Of a stretch of 64,000 bases of DNA, positions 61,082-64,000 are shown piece after piece (position 1 is the stretch's first letter; the number at the start of each line of letters is the position of its first letter). The stretch is taken from NCBI GenBank assembly GCA_963769935.1, contig CAVYNY010000013.1, forward strand, positions 576,001-640,000, in the 5' to 3' direction. Position numbers and translations under genes: made by a program. Under the pieces are notes generated by a model, which saw only the letters and a list, made by a program, of their open reading frames with translations, made no database searches and was not told the DNA's origin. This stretch comes from an uncultured delta proteobacterium (GTDB taxonomy: Bacteria; Desulfobacterota; Desulfobacteria; Desulfobacterales; JAFDCJ01).

Positions 61082-62443
61082 TCAGGCGGGATTTATTCCA
61101 TACTCTTTTAATTTGAGCTGCAGGGTGCGGCGGCTGATGCCCAGAATGTCCGCGGCATGGGTGCGATTGCCGCCCGTTTCGTCCAATGTCCTCAAGATCA
61201 TTTCTTTTTCCACTTCCTTCAAGGATCGGCCGGCTGAAAGATTCAGACTCGGCTCTTTGAGTTCCACATCGAGTTCTTTCAAATTTTCGGGAAATTCCAG
61301 GGGGGTGATCATTTCGCCCCGCGCCATGATAACCGCCCGCTCGACGACGTTTTCGAGCTCGCGGACATTACCCGACCAGTCATAGCGCATCAATAAATCC
61401 ATGGCGCGCGGTGTAAAGCCTTTGATTACCCGTCTATTCTTTTCCGCAAAATGTTTTAGAAAAAAATCCGCCAGCAGCGGGATGTCCTCGCGGCGTTCCC
61501 TTAAAGGCGGAACCGCGATGGTAACCACGTTAATGCGATAATAGAGATCCTCCCGGAACCGGCCTTGCCGGATCTCTTCCTCCAGGTTTTTATTGGTGGC
61601 GGCGATCACGCGGGTGTCGACTTTGATTGTCTGGGTGCTGCCGATGGGTTCAAACTCACGTTCCTGAAGTACTCTGAGAATCTTCGCCTGGGTGGTAGGC
61701 GACATCTCTCCGATTTCATCCAACAGGATCGAACTGTTATGGGCCAGCTGAAAGCGCCCCTGTCTGCGCGCCGCGGCGCCGGTGAAGGCGCCTTTCTCAT
61801 GGCCGAACAATTCGCTTTCCAGCAGCGTCTCGGGCAGGGCGGCACAATTGACTTTGATGAAAGGCCGCTGCGCCCGGGCGCTGTTCTGGTGAATCGCATT
61901 GGCTATCAACTCTTTGCCGGTGCCGCTTTCGCCGATAATCAGTACGCTTGCCTCCGTTGGGGCCACCAGAGCCATGGTTTCAAATAATTGTTTCATGGCG
62001 GGGCTGCGGCCGATAATGTTGGAAAAATCAAAGCGATCGTTCAGCTGCTCCTTGAGGTAAAGGTTCTCCTGTTCAAGCTTTTGAAACCGCAAGGCCTTGG
62101 CCACCAGAATTTTGAGCTCTTCAATGTCAAGCGGTTTGGTCAGATAATCGTAGGCGCCTGATTTGAGAGCGTCGATGGCCGTATTCACGGAGGCATAGGC
62201 CGTCATGATGATAATCGGAATCCCCGGGCTGATGTCCTTGATTTTCTGCAGCGCCTCGATTCCGCTGAGGCCCGGCATGCGGATGTCCATTAAAATCAGG
62301 TCATAAAATTTCTCTTCAACAGCCTGCACCGCCTGATTGCCGTCGGCTGCTTCCCTGATTTCATAGCCTTCGGTGGACAAAACCGCCGTTATCATTTGGC
62401 GATGGGCGGATTCATCATCCACCACGAGAATTTTTGGTTTCAT
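61082..62443 (-). CDS. sigma54-dependent response regulator (ZraR/AtoC-like)
   Basis: receiver domain, GESGTGKE, GAFTGA, Fis HTH. Confidence 0.95.
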   Translation of the reverse strand: MKPKILVVDDESAHRQMITAVLSTEGYEIREAADGNQAVQAVEEKFYDLILMDIRMPGLSGIEALQKIKDISPGIPIIIMTAYASVNTAIDALKSGAYDYLTKPLDIEELKILVAKALRFQKLEQENLYLKEQLNDRFDFSNIIGRSPAMKQLFETMALVAPTEASVLIIGESGTGKELIANAIHQNSARAQRPFIKVNCAALPETLLESELFGHEKGAFTGAAARRQGRFQLAHNSSILLDEIGEMSPTTQAKILRVLQEREFEPIGSTQTIKVDTRVIAATNKNLEEEIRQGRFREDLYYRINVVTIAVPPLRERREDIPLLADFFLKHFAEKNRRVIKGFTPRAMDLLMRYDWSGNVRELENVVERAVIMARGEMITPLEFPENLKELDVELKEPSLNLSAGRSLKEVEKEMILRTLDETGGNRTHAADILGISRRTLQLKLKEYGINPA

Positions 62444-62612
62444 GGCTCAATTATTCCAAGCTTTGAATAGGTCTGTTTATACACAGCGTCATAATTAATG
62501 CAGTATTCGCCTTTTTGTGGTTGGTTTATAGCCTACCGTACCGGGCCAAATAGAAAGAACGCTGTGTATGTATGCACAATGATTTAAGTCGTCATGTATA
62601 ACTCTTCGTTTC

Positions 62613-64000
62613 TCAGGTCGCTTTGCGAGGTTGACGGTCGATATTGGTCGGTATGATCATGGTAAAGCGACAACCTTTAATGGTTCCGGCAGGCGGGCTT
62701 TCAACTTTTATCTCTCCCTGGTGGTTTTCCACGATTTTATGGACAATCGCCAGTCCCAGACCGGTGCCCTTTTCCCGCGTGGTAAAAAAAGGCTCGAAAA
62801 TTTTTTCTTTCTGGTTCGGTGCAATGCCGCAGCCGTTGTCGGCGACCCATATATGGAGACACGATTTATCGGCGTTAAAGTCGGTACCTATTTCGATGCG
62901 GCCTCCCTGATCCACAGCTTGCAGCGCATTTAAAAGAAGATTGAGCAGCGCCTGGGTCATCTGGTTGGCATCCAGCGGAAGTAGGCTGACATCGGCAACT
63001 TGGGTTTCGATTTGAACATTGCGTGAATCCGCCTCGGCCTTCACCAGACGCACCGAATGTTCGATCAGCTCCGTCATATCCGTTGGCGCCAGCTCAGCCT
63101 CCATGGGTCGGGCAAAAGTCAGCAGATCGGTAACCACCCGGTTGATTCGATCGACTTCGGAAACCATGGTGGCGGCATACAGTTGTTCCTGAGGTTTATC
63201 CTTCAGGGCATGTCTCAGAAACTGGGCGAAACCGCGAATCGAACTTAATGGATTGCGGATCTCATGGGCGATGCCGGCCGCCAATTCCCCGATGGCGGCC
63301 AGTTTTTCCGAGCGTCTGACTTTTTCCTGCAACTTTTTTATTTCACTTAAGTCGCGCAGCACGATCACCGCCCCCTGGCATGTGCCCGCATCATCCCGGA
63401 TCGGGGTAGCACTCAACGCCAGGGGAATTACTTCACCGGTTTTTTTCCGGTGCTGAATTTCCTGATCCAGCACGGCCACATAATCCGTAATGGTGCGGCG
63501 AATACCGGAAGCGGTGAAATCAATAACAGAGCTTAAGTCTTGGCCTTTGGCCTCGGATTCCGGGAGATCGAGCAGATCGAGTGCCGGCTGGTTGTAGGAG
63601 GCTATTCTGCCCTCGGTATCGATGCTCAACAGGCCGTTGGCCATGCTGGCGATGACCTGCCGGGTGTAGTCCTTCGTCTGCTTGAGAGTCTTGTCGACCA
63701 GGTAGTAATTCTGGATAACGAAAATAAAAAAAAGGGCCCCCGACCCCAGCACCAGAATAATGGCGGCCATAATGAAGGCATGCAGGATATCGGCCCGCCG
63801 GGCCTGGGCCAGAGGTTCCATTTTCATACCCAGGACAATGGTATCACCGCTATGGGAATGCGGCGGCAGACGTGGTTCGAATAACATCTGCGGTTTTGCT
63901 GCCGCGTCATGGACGGTTCATACATGGGAGTAAAAAGTTTGGCGAGCTCATAAATCTGATGATTATCTCCGCGCCGCACGATGCGGGTGAGAATCTGATC
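62613..64000 (-). CDS. PAS histidine kinase (ZraS-like), partial, apparent frameshift near 63890
   Basis: AHEIRNPL, N/G boxes; the upstream frame from the window end (IYELAKLFTP) is out of register with 63887. Confidence 0.88.

Overview
A gene-dense window from an anaerobe, most likely a Desulfobacterota/deltaproteobacterial sulfate reducer (inferred from desulfoferrodoxin, rubredoxin, a DVU0298-like protein, an HcpR-like regulator, sigma54 promoters and characteristic intergenic repeats). 1-8.5 kb is a sigma54-driven locus: a strongly degenerate MetK paralog, then an HpdB-like glycyl-radical arylacetate decarboxylase, an atypical small subunit, an MFS transporter, the activating enzyme and a DUF4125-like protein. 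8.6-30 kb is an accessory region with integron-cassette-like genes and degenerate attC-like sites but no integrase. It holds TA modules and remnants, ClC, PSE and TMEM175 transporters, a Ser/Ser DapF, a complete group II intron inside a palindromic repeat, and a large secreted beta-propeller protein. 30-40 kb has OYE, ALDH, an inositol-phosphate synthase pair and a DUF2318/ABC/thioredoxin metal-uptake-type operon. 40-55 kb is a large oxidative/nitrosative stress island plus CopZ/CopA. 55-64 kb has an unannotated candidate selenoprotein with a SECIS-like hairpin upstream of an ECF sigma/ZAS pair, feoAB with a DtxR-like regulator, and a ZraSR-like two-component system. Family assignments come from recalled motifs; no database searches were run.
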